A DNA stretch of 64,000 bases. It comes from Podarcis cretensis (lineage: Eukaryota). Shown piece by piece: positions 44,801-57,100 of the stretch; positions within the stretch are counted from its first letter, which is position 1, and each line of letters begins with the position of its first letter. The notes below the pieces were generated by a model, which did no database searches, was not told where the DNA came from, and worked only from the letters and a program-made list of their open reading frames with translations. The stretch is from positions 25,110,001 to 25,174,000 of the forward strand of contig OX638160.1 of the NCBI GenBank assembly GCA_951804945.1, read 5' to 3'. Made by a program: the position numbers and the translations under genes.

Positions 44801-47800
44801 AATGAGAGAGGTGTTAATGGTGAGTTCTGGCACCTCTTTTTTCGAGAAAAATAGCACTGGGTGAGGCTAAGAGAGTATGTCCAGTGAGCTCTATAGCTGA
44901 TCTCCCTTTCTGCAGTCCTCCTTTTCGCAGACGCCCTCCATGGTAACCTCTTACATTTTCCTCCTATGACACATTGCAACAACTAAACACTCTTTTCGTC
45001 TTCTGTCCAATTATAAAGCCACTGTTCCCTCCTATTCTGCAGCCCCTTTTGTACCCCTGCTTTCATCTCCGCCTCCCTTTTCATGCTTCCTGCTCCCTCC
45101 TTTTTGCAGCCGCCTTTGCACCCCCCATTTTCACTTTTACTTTCTGTTTTCTCCATCCTGCCTTTTCTCAACTCCCTCCCTCTTGCTACCACGCTCCCCG
45201 CTATTTCCATGCCTCTTCCTCTCTTCCATTATACAGTCTCCTTTGCACACCCACCCAGCGTTATGTTACTGTATCTTTAAGATGAATACAATCTTAAGAG
45301 CAAGAGTTAGAGATGGAGAAAGTTCAGTTTAGTTGACAGATGCTGTACATATACAGGTGTTTGCTTGGTAGTAATTCCTACATTGAATCTGCTACTTCCT
45401 GTTGGACAACACATGGTATTGGGTATGAAAGTACTATGGAATAGTTGAGGGTTCTTAATCCTTTATCTCCCTCATGTGAGGCAACTGAGGAATGGAAGTT
45501 TGAGTACAGTAAAAAGGAAGTAACACTGAAATAGTCCCCTTTATTTTTTTCCAGTGCCCCCTTTCACTCCTACACAGCATTGCACATGTAATTCAATTCA
45601 CTTCCATCTGCCCCCTCTCCAATTTTGTGTCTCCCGTTTTCTTCCCCCATCACCAAAGCCTTAAAACTCTCTTCTCTCACACCTCCCTCCCCTATTATCC
45701 CACATTCCTCCAAATGCCGCGTTTACCTCCACTCTGTTCGACCTGCCCCTGCTCCAATTCCCCCTTTCTCTTCTCCCAGTGACCAGAGGTCTAAAACTGT
45801 CACACACAGAGACACTCTTTCCCCCACAAGGCATTCTCTTCACCCCTGCATCAAACCATTTACTACAGACATGAGTACATTCCTTTTTCTTCCTGCCTGC
45901 TCCTTCTTCCCCTGCCTCTACTTTCGATCCTTGAGAAGCAGTGAATAAAAGCAGTGTGATGACAGACCAGTGTAAATACAGTATAGAAAGAAAGAATTTT
46001 GCTAAACAGAGTTCTTGAATCCACCCCCCCCCCCATTCTTCTGAGGCACATTGGGGTTCTAATCCTACCACAAACTATGCAGATGAGCCTAAGTATCTGT
46101 GAGGAAACTTTTGTAATTGCAGCAGTTCTATTAAATGTGGTAAATGTCAGCTGAGGTAGATGAGATTTTGTGTCAAGGGTGCAGTGAGGTAATTTACGCT
46201 CTGAACTTAGTGGAGTTTATAGGGGAGCTGCTGTTTCGATGGCAACATATTTTATGTCATTTACTTCAAAATGCGGTAAGCCAAAATGTTTGGGAGGCCA
46301 TTCTGCTCATGCTTTGGAGTGGGGTGCTGGACTCCTGCCTCAAAGGCCTGACTGGAAAGTAGTGCTGCTTGGTAGAAGGTCTGGTAAGAAATAAGATAAC
46401 TGCACGAATTCATTATTCCATTAAGAATACTGCTTCTCCTCTTTCTAGGTGGCTGGTTTTGGCTATTGCCATGGTGCGGTTTTACATGGAAAAAGGAACA
46501 CACAAAGGCTTATACAAAAACATTCAAAAGACACTTAAATTTTTCCAGACTTTTGCTTTGCTTGAGGTAAGTTTTTTAAGCAATGCATTTTTTTTTTTTA
46601 ATGGGACAGTGGTGGTCTGGGAAAATACTTTCAACGAAAAATTAACGGACCCAAAGAAGTTTAGTCTGTTGGCAAGCTAACAGAAGTTCCCATACCTTCA
46701 GCCAGGGGGAATGGTTCTCATAAATTAGGCAGCCTAAATTAACTGTCTCTGGACTGCTGAGTTTGAGGTCAGAAGCTCCATACACGGAGACGGGACCAGC
46801 CCCTATCCTGGCAGCTACCAGTCCGCGTGACATGCTGACTCTAGGCCTGTATGGAGGTGCTGTTTGTATCAATGGGTGCCTCTTCATGGAGGCTGTATTT
46901 TTAGCTCAAGGAGTATGATTTGTGTGGTTGCAGCGATCCTTTATCTGAGCTGTCATCGTTATGCAACTTTGTTATTCATTTACAGTATTTCATACAAACA
47001 CACCGTCACCACTTTTCTGCCACGACATCCAAGATGGCTTACAGTTTTAAGATATTAAAACATGCTCTGATGGCACTCAGTGTGGTTGGCTGCCAGCTAG
47101 GATGAACCAGGTCATACAGATTTATTCTTGACACAAAGCTAGCATACAGATTTGCTAAACATTATTTAAACATAATGAATGTCTAAATAATTTAGAGTGA
47201 TTAGGAGCGCTTTGTGAAAGAACTTGCAAACTATGCAGAATTTGGGAGAAAGGCACTTTAACTTGGGCTTTTTGTAAATCACCAGTCTTTTGAGTTTCCC
47301 ACTGATTTGAAATTGAATTTTAAGTTTCTCACCCTCTTTTCCACATAGTTTGCTGCCAGTTATTCATGGAACCCCTGCTGTTTTTCTATATCTGTTGCCA
47401 ACACTTTGTGTGTGACTTCAGCTCCATGAGTTCCCAAGGTGGTGTTGGGGTTGCCTCCCCATGCTGTGATTCTGTCCTTTAGTATGATCCTGGGCATGAA
47501 TATGCTTTACAGGCCCAATGCTGTGTTCATCAGCTAGCTGAGAGGGAGGGAATTAAAGTGCACCACACAATGGCATTTGTCTCCAATAGGGGTGGGTAGC
47601 TACACCCACCTGCACTTCTCCTGACATTATATATGGCATCAGGTGTGGGGCAGTTAAAGCGGGGCTTTGCAGGCACCGCTGATTGGCACTGCCTGCAAAG
47701 CCCCATGCACAGCACTTCCAAAGTGTCTACTATCAGCTGATCGTTGGCGGTTGGAAAGCATTGCACACAGTTTTTTGACTGCATGGACTGATTTCAAACT

Positions 47801-48109
47801 GTGCAGGACAGAAGGAGCCACCTTATATTACAGTCATACCTCGGGTTACAGACGCTTCAGGTTGTGGGTTTTTGGGTTGCACACCGTGCTGAACCTGGAA
47901 GTACTGGAATGGGTTACTTCTGGGTTTCGGCGCAAGCGCAGAAGCACTGAATTGCGACCCGTGCATGCACAGACGCCGCGCTGCGGGTTGTGAATGCTGC
48001 AGGTTGCGAACATGCCTCCCACACAGATCATGTTCGCAACCCGAGCATCCACTGTATTGTGATGAATGATTGGCAGGTGAGTGACACCACTCACCTGTCA
48101 AACATGGCT

Positions 48110-48149
<40 letters not shown>

Positions 48150-51100
48150 ACATAAGAAACTGCCCCACCGGCCAGAACCAGTTTTCTTCCTCAGGTGTGC
48201 AACATTGTACAGTACAGGCAATGTATGTCGTACAGCTTGCATGCATTTGATCTCAGACTTGCTCCAGCCCTCCTAACCTCCCTGGAGTTTGGAGGATGGC
48301 AATTTTTTAGGAATCCTCATAGACCCAGATGTGGCCCACCAGCCATTCACTCTTAGTCCCATGTACAATGTTTATTTAGCTGTACCATTATTTTCAGAGA
48401 CACTCTCTTGTGTTTTTGAAACCATAGAATTTTTATTTAATTTTTTTAAATCTCACTTCCTCATTTGGAAATCCTATCTCCAAAATAGGACACCAAAATA
48501 AAAATCTGAAATAGTCCCACAGGGTTCCATTTTGTCCTCCATGCTATTTAACATCTATAGGAAACCCCTGTGAGCTGTCATCAGGAGATTTCAGGTGAAG
48601 TGTCATTCATATGCAGATGACATCCAGCTCTATCTCTTTTCCATCTGAAGCAGAAGAGGTGAGAGTTGAGGTGTTAAGCAGGGGCTTGGAGGCAGTGATG
48701 GGTTAGATGTGGGCCAACAAACAGAAGCTGAATCCCCAAAAGACAGAGGTGGTGTATGTCTAAAGCAGGCTTCCTCAACCTCGGCCCTCCAGATGTTTTT
48801 GGCCTACAACTCCCATGATCCCTAGTTAGCAGGACCAGTGGTCAGGGATGATGGGAATTGTAGTCTCAAAACATCTGGAGGGCCAAGGTTGAGGAACCCT
48901 GGTCTAAAGTCTTCATAGGCAGGAGGTAGGAAGATGGTCTGCCCTGGACAGGGTTGAACTTCATTGGAAAGAGCAGGTCTGCAGTTTGGAGGTGCTCCTG
49001 GATTCAGTACTGTCACTAGAGGCTCAGGTGGCCTTAGTGGCTTGGGGTGCTTTTTTCCAGCTCTGGTTGGCTTGCCAGATGTGGCGGCGGTTCAAATCCC
49101 CACAATGGGGTGAGCTCCCGTTGCTCGGTCCCTGCTCCTGCCAACCTAGTAGTTCAAAAGCATGTCAAAATGCAAGTAGATAAATAGGTACCACTCGGGC
49201 AGGAAGGTAAACAGCGTTTCCGTGCAGTGCTCTGGTTCACCAGAAGCGGCTTAGTCATGCTGGCCACATGACCCGGAAGCTGTGCACCGGTTCCCTCGGC
49301 CAGTAAAGCGAGATGAGTGCCACAACCCCAGAGTCGTCCGCGACTGGACCTAACGGTCAGGGGTCCCTTTACCTAGTATTGTAATATCCTCTGTGTGGGG
49401 CTGCCCTTGAAGAAGAAGCTTCAACTGGTCCAAAATGCGGCAGCCAGATTACTGGCTGGGGATCCATTTAGATCTCACATAACCCCTGCTTTAAAACATC
49501 TGCACTGGTTGCAAGTTTGTTTCCAGGCCTAACTTCCAGACCATTAATTTCAGTGGCTCTATTAAGAATATGACTTGTATTGCATATACAACCCAATTTA
49601 AGCAACTTAAGGCAGCAATCAAAATTTGAAATTGAGTTACAAGCCCCTTTAACATTGCAAATGTCGTGAGCTGTTTGGCTTCTGGGTTCTAGTGCCATGG
49701 CTGGTCAAGGGATGCATGACTGTACACCTAACAGCAGCCAGTTCGCAGTCATAGAAATATATTGAGATAAATAGCAGAACATTGTACAACCCAAATAGTG
49801 CAGCTAACAATTCTAGTAATTTTTATTTTATTTTTTGCTCATTGTATTCCAAGCCTTATGCTTTCCAGTGGAGTGGTTGAAACTTTTGCCAGATGTTTTA
49901 CCTTTCCTGACCCTACATGTGCAACTTAAAAAAAAAATATTTTTATTGTTTTGATGTTTATGAAGTGCCTAGTTTTGCAACAGGGTGGTGGTATTCTCCA
50001 TGCTGTCATGTGCCCACCTGCCAGTAGAGTCATCTCCTGATGCTCATTTCTCCATGATTGCTGTGAGTCTTCTATAGTTTGCATTTTCCATGTTAAATTC
50101 TATCCCAGCCTAGAAGTTCCATTTCTGTGTTTTATTTCTCACATGACTATGATGAGAATAGACCAAACCTTACGCCAAAGAATAAACGGACACCAAACCT
50201 TACGCCAAAGAATAAACAGACATAAATCTGACATCAGAAACCACAAGACAGAGAAACCAGTAGGAGAACACTTCAATCTCCCAGGACATTCTATACAAGA
50301 TCTCAAAGAGCCGCATGAGAATAGACCAGTTATGGTTTTGCTTTTGAAATACTCAGTTGTTCATCCTCCCCATCTCTCTCTCTTTAAATTTACAGATAAT
50401 CCACTGTGCATTTGGTGAGTCATGGTTTCAGTTTCTCAGTTAACTAAACAAAATCCTGCCCTGTGAGACAAAGGTGACCTGTTTCTCTTTTTAAGGAGTA
50501 GTGCACACTTCTATGCTTGTGACCGGGGTCCAAGTGAGTTCCAGAATCTTCATGGTGTGGTTTATTACACATAGTGTAAAGCAGGTAAGTGTCATGAAAC
50601 TGTTTGTCTCTGCAACTCTGCGTGTGTGTTTTGTGACAATTCGCAGTCTTCTAAAAGTCAGTAAATATGTGTCTTCAGCAAGGCTGAAGGAACCTTCAGA
50701 GGGCTGAGGCTGACTTGTAACAGCACACAGCTCTGCAGGCAGAACTTAAAAGTTCCCCATTTGTGTCTGCCTTACGCTTGGGAGATGAGGACTTAAAGGC
50801 CATTGGAGATGGATATCTGAGCTAGGTTGGCCTCCTGCCTGGTTTGCTCTCTCTATGAAACAAGATCAAAGGCTGACACATCTCTTTGGCAACCGATTCA
50901 CCAAGCTGTCGGGCTGTCCCTGTTTCAGAGAGGACTTAAAATTAGCACATGTTGAATGGACTAAGTGAAAGTAAGCCTTAAGCTAAATGCATGTGAATTA
51001 ATCTTTCATGCAGGTGTTTTCCTAGTTAGCATTAATGTCATTGTTCTTAGGTATGTGCAGTAAGTGCTTATAATAGGTATAAGAAAAGACTCCTACCATT

Positions 51101-54100
51101 CCTTTATAAGCTCCCAGGGGAAATTAGCTGAGGCTGGTGAGGTGTACATTACAAAGTTAAATTGGACCAGAGTGATTTTATGTGAAAGCCTAGTGCTTGA
51201 TGTTAATTGCCACTAACTTACATCATACTGATTTCCATTGGGGTAAATGTTAAGGATGTGCTTCCATTGGAAATTTGTGCAGGAATCCTAAGCATTCGTA
51301 CTAGGAAGGCAAATCACACTCAACCAAACTCAGACTTCTGCTTAGGATTGCCCTGGAAAGTGTGGCATTTTGGCTGGATGATGCCCAATCTTTCACGGAG
51401 TGTAGAATGTGCTTTACAATAGTTCATAATTTCAGGCTGTGATAGTTGCTCCACAATTCAATTTTGTTTTGAATATCTTAATGGTTACAACCAAAATTAA
51501 CCCTAGCTTTTTCCCCATTTCATTTCAATATTCATTTGCTGTAAAGGGCCCAGCCATTAAACTGTATCACCAGCAGGTGGCAGTTTTGACTATCTGCTTA
51601 TAGTCATGAATGGCATAATTTCTTCATTCCTTTTTATGTTTGTTTTAAAAAGGCTTGCAAGTGAGAACTCTTGGGCTGATTATTATTTTTAAAAATTGGT
51701 ATCCCAAACTGTGTGCAGTTTGCTCAGAACCACAACAGCTTGTTTTTAAATGATAGAACAGGTTTAACATTCAAATTCATTTTTCTTTATTTTTATGCCT
51801 TGGTACAAATGTTTTGTATTATTTCCTAAGATGCCATGTCCGCATTTGAGGAGAAGGAGGAACTAGATTCATGCAGTCATTGGCATATATCAGTGAGTTT
51901 GGGAAGAGGCCCCACCTAGTAGGAAGTTCCCCCTAAGTAAAGGTAAAGGTAAAGGGACCCCTGACCATTAGGTCCAGTCATGACCGACTCTAGGGTTGTG
52001 ACGCTCATCTCGCTTTATTGGCCGAGGGAGCCGGCATACAGCTTCTGGATCATGTGTCCAGCATGAGTAAGCCACTTCTGGCGAACCAGAGCAGCGCACG
52101 GAAACACCGTTTACCTTCCCGCTGGAGTGGTACCTATTTATCTACTTGCACTTGACATGCTTTCGAACTGCTAGGTTGGCAGGAGCAGGGACTGAGCAAT
52201 GGGAGCTCACCCCGTCAGGGGATTCGAACTGCTGACCTTCTGATCGGCAAGTCCTAGGCTCTGTGGTTTAACCCACAGCGCCACCTGCATCCCATCCCCC
52301 TAAGAAACAGTCATATAATACATTTACTAGCACAACTGAAAAGCAGCCTTTTGAGATAATTTAAACCTGTGGTGGAGAAATTCTAGGCCACAAACCAAAT
52401 AGGGTCTGCCGGGACTCGGAGGCTTGGTCCATCAGGCCATTTGTGGCCAACCACACCAACCCTTCCTCGGTCTCACATCCTATTTGAACTCAAGCCAGGG
52501 ATGCAAAGGATTCTCCTTTGCAGATGTGACTTGTACTCTAGCAGGGGATGCAAACAAAGAATCTCCCTTTTCAGCCCTTTGCAGCCATCTTGAATTTTGA
52601 ATCACCTGGCGTCATATGACATCAGGTGACTGACAGGTGGGCAACTCAGCCCACCCGTCAGAGTGGTCTGTGGAGGGTGGCCAAGTTCGAGGTATGGCCA
52701 GCATCAGAATCTACTTCTGCACTCCTGATCTAAGCTCTTAAGAAGCTGGATTTTAAAGCAAAAATAAACCACGATTAAGGTCTAACATAAAATAAAGAAA
52801 GAAAACAAGATAAATAATAATAATGTCGCTAGGTATGATGAATAAGTCCCAGTCTGCAACTGATAATTAAAATGAAGGAGGGAAGGTGTTATTCAAACGC
52901 AATTAACTTAGATTGGGCAAGGTGTAAAAATGGAATTTTGATTCTACCAAGAGCAACATAAAAGACATAAAACATAAAAGACAGCAATTCCGTTCTGCAT
53001 CTTGCACTAATCGAAACGCAGGGGTCTCTTGTAGGGCAGGGCACAGCACAGAAGCTGCTTTTTTGCTCACAGGGAACTGCATTTTTCCTCTTGCAGGAGG
53101 GAAACTAGCCAGTCTGTCCAAAATAAGCTGATAACATTGGCATTGTAGAAAGAAGTGTACTGTATCTGCATTTCTGCATCTTTGCCATGTTTTGTATTTT
53201 GCTAGGATAGTGGTCTACACGCTTTATGCTAAGCCATTAATTTTCTGGTGCACAGAGTTGTGGGATATGGCTACATAGGAGCTTAAGGTCAAATGCTTAA
53301 CTGTAACTGGATTGCGAACAGAACTATTATCAAGCTCATCATCCATATAAGCTGTCAGCTTGCTCTCTTTTTGTAACAGAATGGATAAAATCCAAAAGAT
53401 TAGATCCCCACACATAAATGAGCCTTATTACCTGCTGTGGATAAGACATTGCAAAGAATCCTCCTGAAAACCCATGCTCATCCATTTGCTGAGAATGGAA
53501 ACGCTTTGAACAAGCTCGAAGTTTGATCAGTCAAGGTTTTAATTCAATTTTTGTATATATTAGCTTGTTAAGGCTTCTCTTTCAACAGAATTTCAGGTGG
53601 GCAGCAGCACATTAAAAATAGAAAGCTGTGTATAAACTGTTAAAAAACAACAACACTAGACTGCAATTTTGTTCACACTTACCTGGGAGTAAACCCTTTA
53701 CTGAGCAGAGTAGGAGTTGCTGCTGAGTAAGCATGCATAATACATTTTTCTTTTATTTTGTTTTAGGGATTTACAAAATACAGCCACCTCTTAATCAAGT
53801 TTGCATTAGAGGCATTGCCATTTCTCTTATAAACCAAATTAATTTGTCAATTTCTGCTAATTCTAAGCATTTCAGAAACCATTCCCATGTAGATAGAACA
53901 TAAGGATATTTCCATTTTCTGGCCTGCACTACTCTGGCTGTGATTAACAAGATTTTCACTAAAGAATCTGTTCTGCAGACACATCAGCCCCAATCTTACC
54001 AACATTGGAGAAAGACTAAAATCTGCTCCTATCGTCAATGTAATCTGTTGCATAATATGTTTCCAAAACCCATTGGCAAGTTGACATTCCCACCAGTATG

Positions 54101-57100
54101 TTGGGTGAGCATTAATACAAAACATTTGAAGAGCAATAGTAAACACTTGGTGCTACGCCTTGACCTCATGTGGTACTTGAGATGCTCACCTATCTGAAAA
54201 CTTCACAGCCTTTGGATTTTGTCAAGTAGTTGAGCATGGGATCCCCTTCTGGTCTTGTAACAAAATCTGTGTTGCTTTATCTTATTTCACAGACACCCAC
54301 GGAGCTTTTATTAGTTTTCAGGCACTTTAACGAAAAAGAAAATTATTTATCTGTAATTCCTCTTCTCAGAATGCAGTAAAAGAAATCCCTGCCCCTCCTT
54401 TGCAGAGTTAGAAATTAATCTGTTGTTGCTAGTTTCAACAGCTCTGGGTAGCCTCTGATATCTTGAAGTGGTTGGTAGATGTCCAGCACCTGCAAAGACA
54501 GTGGAATGACTTGGTTGTTGACCAAGCTGCAGATGAGCATATAGTCAGCTACAGTGCCTAGTTCCTTGCGCCATGTTGTACATTTGGAGATCTTACTGCC
54601 TAAGTGATCCTCTTGCAGAAATGATTCCAGCCAGCATTCTGGCACTGGGTTCTTTTTGCAGCCTGTAGCCTCCTTTTGGTTGCACAAGACAAAGTGAAAT
54701 TATCTTAATTTATTGGAAAATGTGGAGAGGAAAAATCTGCAACGGCCTGTTGAAGAGGATAGGCCTGGCACCAGATAATGGGAATAATAGGCCTGGAAAG
54801 GCCAGGGCTCCAGAACCAGCAGAGGGCTTATCATGGGCACCGTGGTACCACCTCTACTCATCCACGAAGGTCAGATGCAGCCTAAGAGTGTTCTCACTTT
54901 GTATGTCCAGCCCCTTTTTCTGATTGGGGTTGCCCAAGGGCCCTCGCCCCCAACTCTTAGATCAAGCACTGTAAAGAGGAAGGTTTACTATACTAGACGA
55001 GGCATGAAGGCCAAAAAGGATGTGCAAGCAAAAAAGTAGCTGGGTTGAAAACAGATGTGTTTTGTCAGTGATTTAAATCAGGGGTGGGAACCTGTGCCCC
55101 TTCAGATGTCGTCAGATTCCATCTACCATCTGCCCCAGCCAGCATGGCCAATGGTTCGGAGTTATCAGAAATGTAGTTCAGCAACATTTGAAGAATAACA
55201 GGCCAAAGAAGAATTATTTGGGAAGGTAACTAAAAAGGTTGTGGGGGAAGGGGGAAGAGAACCATGTGCATATGTGAATTTGCTATATTTAGTTACTGCT
55301 CTGTTCCATAGGCAATCTCTCAGTTTGGTGCGGGATGTTTAGCATAACATGCATTCTTCTTAAAAACATTGATTTGGGTGTACTGCCTTGCCATTCTGTT
55401 GCCAGCTTTCTTTACAATTTAAGGATGCAGAAAATGTTGGTTCTTTATACTTCTACAGATCCAGAATGAGGACAGCGTTATTCTTTTTCTGGTCGTATGG
55501 ACTGTGACAGAGATTACTCGATATTCCTTCTACACATTCAATATGCTCAACCACTTGCCATACTTCATAAAATGGGCCAGGTGGAGAATGCCTTGCAGTT
55601 TAGTCTCTCATTGTTCTGTGCATGCTAATTTTCATGCATGCTGAATCGGCAAGGAAATAAACAGTGTGTGGTTTGTTTTTAAAGCTGAGAAGTTGTGTTT
55701 GTACTTTTGGATCTGCTTTTAATGCAGAGTTTGCTGGTTTTAAAAAATTAACCTGTCCTGTGTTCATGCCATTAATATTTCTAGAGAGTTCTTGTGTGTC
55801 ATTTGAAAATTGCATATTGAATAAGATAGAAAAAATGTTTGTTCACAGGTGCTTTGCTTTTGCTTGGATAATATGCTATTTTGGGATTCCCTATAGATAA
55901 ACAAGGCTTTTTATAAGTGAAAGTGCAAAAGCTTGCAAAATGCAACACCTGTGTGAGTCTTTCTGTTATGTCAATTTGGGGATATAATTCTGCTGGAATT
56001 TGATACAAAAGTAGACTAGGTGAAAGAAATACAAGGGATGCAGTTTGGGGGAAGGCAGTTGCAATCTTAATTGAAAATCTTCCTACCCCAGGGGTGAGGA
56101 ACCAGTGGCCTTCCAAGTATTGTTGGACCAACTCCTTCCCCGATACATTGGTCATGTGAGCTGAAGAGTTGGAATCCTTTGGCAACTGCGGTTCTAGCCT
56201 TTTGCCATGTTGCTGCTGTTGGCCAGTGTGCTTGTATTGTAAACATTGACCCAAGTATTTTGGGTCAATCATAGACATATTTACTTGGAAGTAAGGTTCG
56301 TGTGTATGTTCAGTGGGCTTCTCCCTGGTAAATGCATATTATTGGCAGTTTCAGTGGCTGGTGCTGTTGCCATTTTGTTTAACAGCTTGCGTCAACTGAA
56401 GCAGACACTTTCAACTGCACTCTGGTGGTGAGCATGTGGTAGTTTAGAGACCCAGTCATATTCACATACATGGCAAAAGCTTCTGTAGTTGCAACACCTG
56501 CAGCTCTTTTCTCTCAGGATAGACATTTTTCCTTTAAAAAAAAATACAGCTGGATAAGTGACCGGATTTCACTGATCTAGAGTTCTTTTCTAAACTGAGC
56601 ATTCAGTTTCAAACATGGCATGTTTAATGTTACACAATGTGTATGCCAAATCATAACAAACTAATGTTAGGACTGTATATTTCTTCTTCTAGCATCATAT
56701 AATCTTGACTAGCAGTCACTATCTAGTGTCTTGCTGGAGCTCATTCCCATCACTTGCTACTTTTAAAGTAGAGGTGCTAGGGCTTGATCCAGGATTTTCT
56801 GCATACAAAGCATGAGCTCCATCACTGAGTTTTGGTATCTTCCCCCCCCCCACCTGCTGCGAAAACACTACAAAGCAAAGCAGACAACCATATTCTGATT
56901 CCACCACCCCCCTCCATTGTGTATTATCTCTTAAATGAGATTTCAGAATTCAAAGGAACTCATTTAGCACCCTGCCTTTCAGCGCATTAAAACAATGTGA
57001 CAAACTATTATTCTGTACTTCTTTGTAATAGTTTGGGATTTTCTAATCCTCTTGTATTTGCTGCCAGAGGAGCTTTGCCGCTTTGTGCATAGTAGAATAT

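Larger units (their letters stand above)
48560..49550 (+). mobile_element. Old L2 LINE RT fragment, interrupted by a hAT MITE and a Sauria SINE
   Basis: cattcatatgcagatgacatccagctctatctc (H.YADD.QLY); KLNP.KTE; [13 protein letters not shown]; HITP.L..LHWL motifs. Confidence 0.8.

Noticed and set aside
44900-45950. Long pyrimidine-rich stretches with 100-136 aa ORFs
   Set aside because: Low-complexity sequence with no splice or homology support and no clear mirror repeat.
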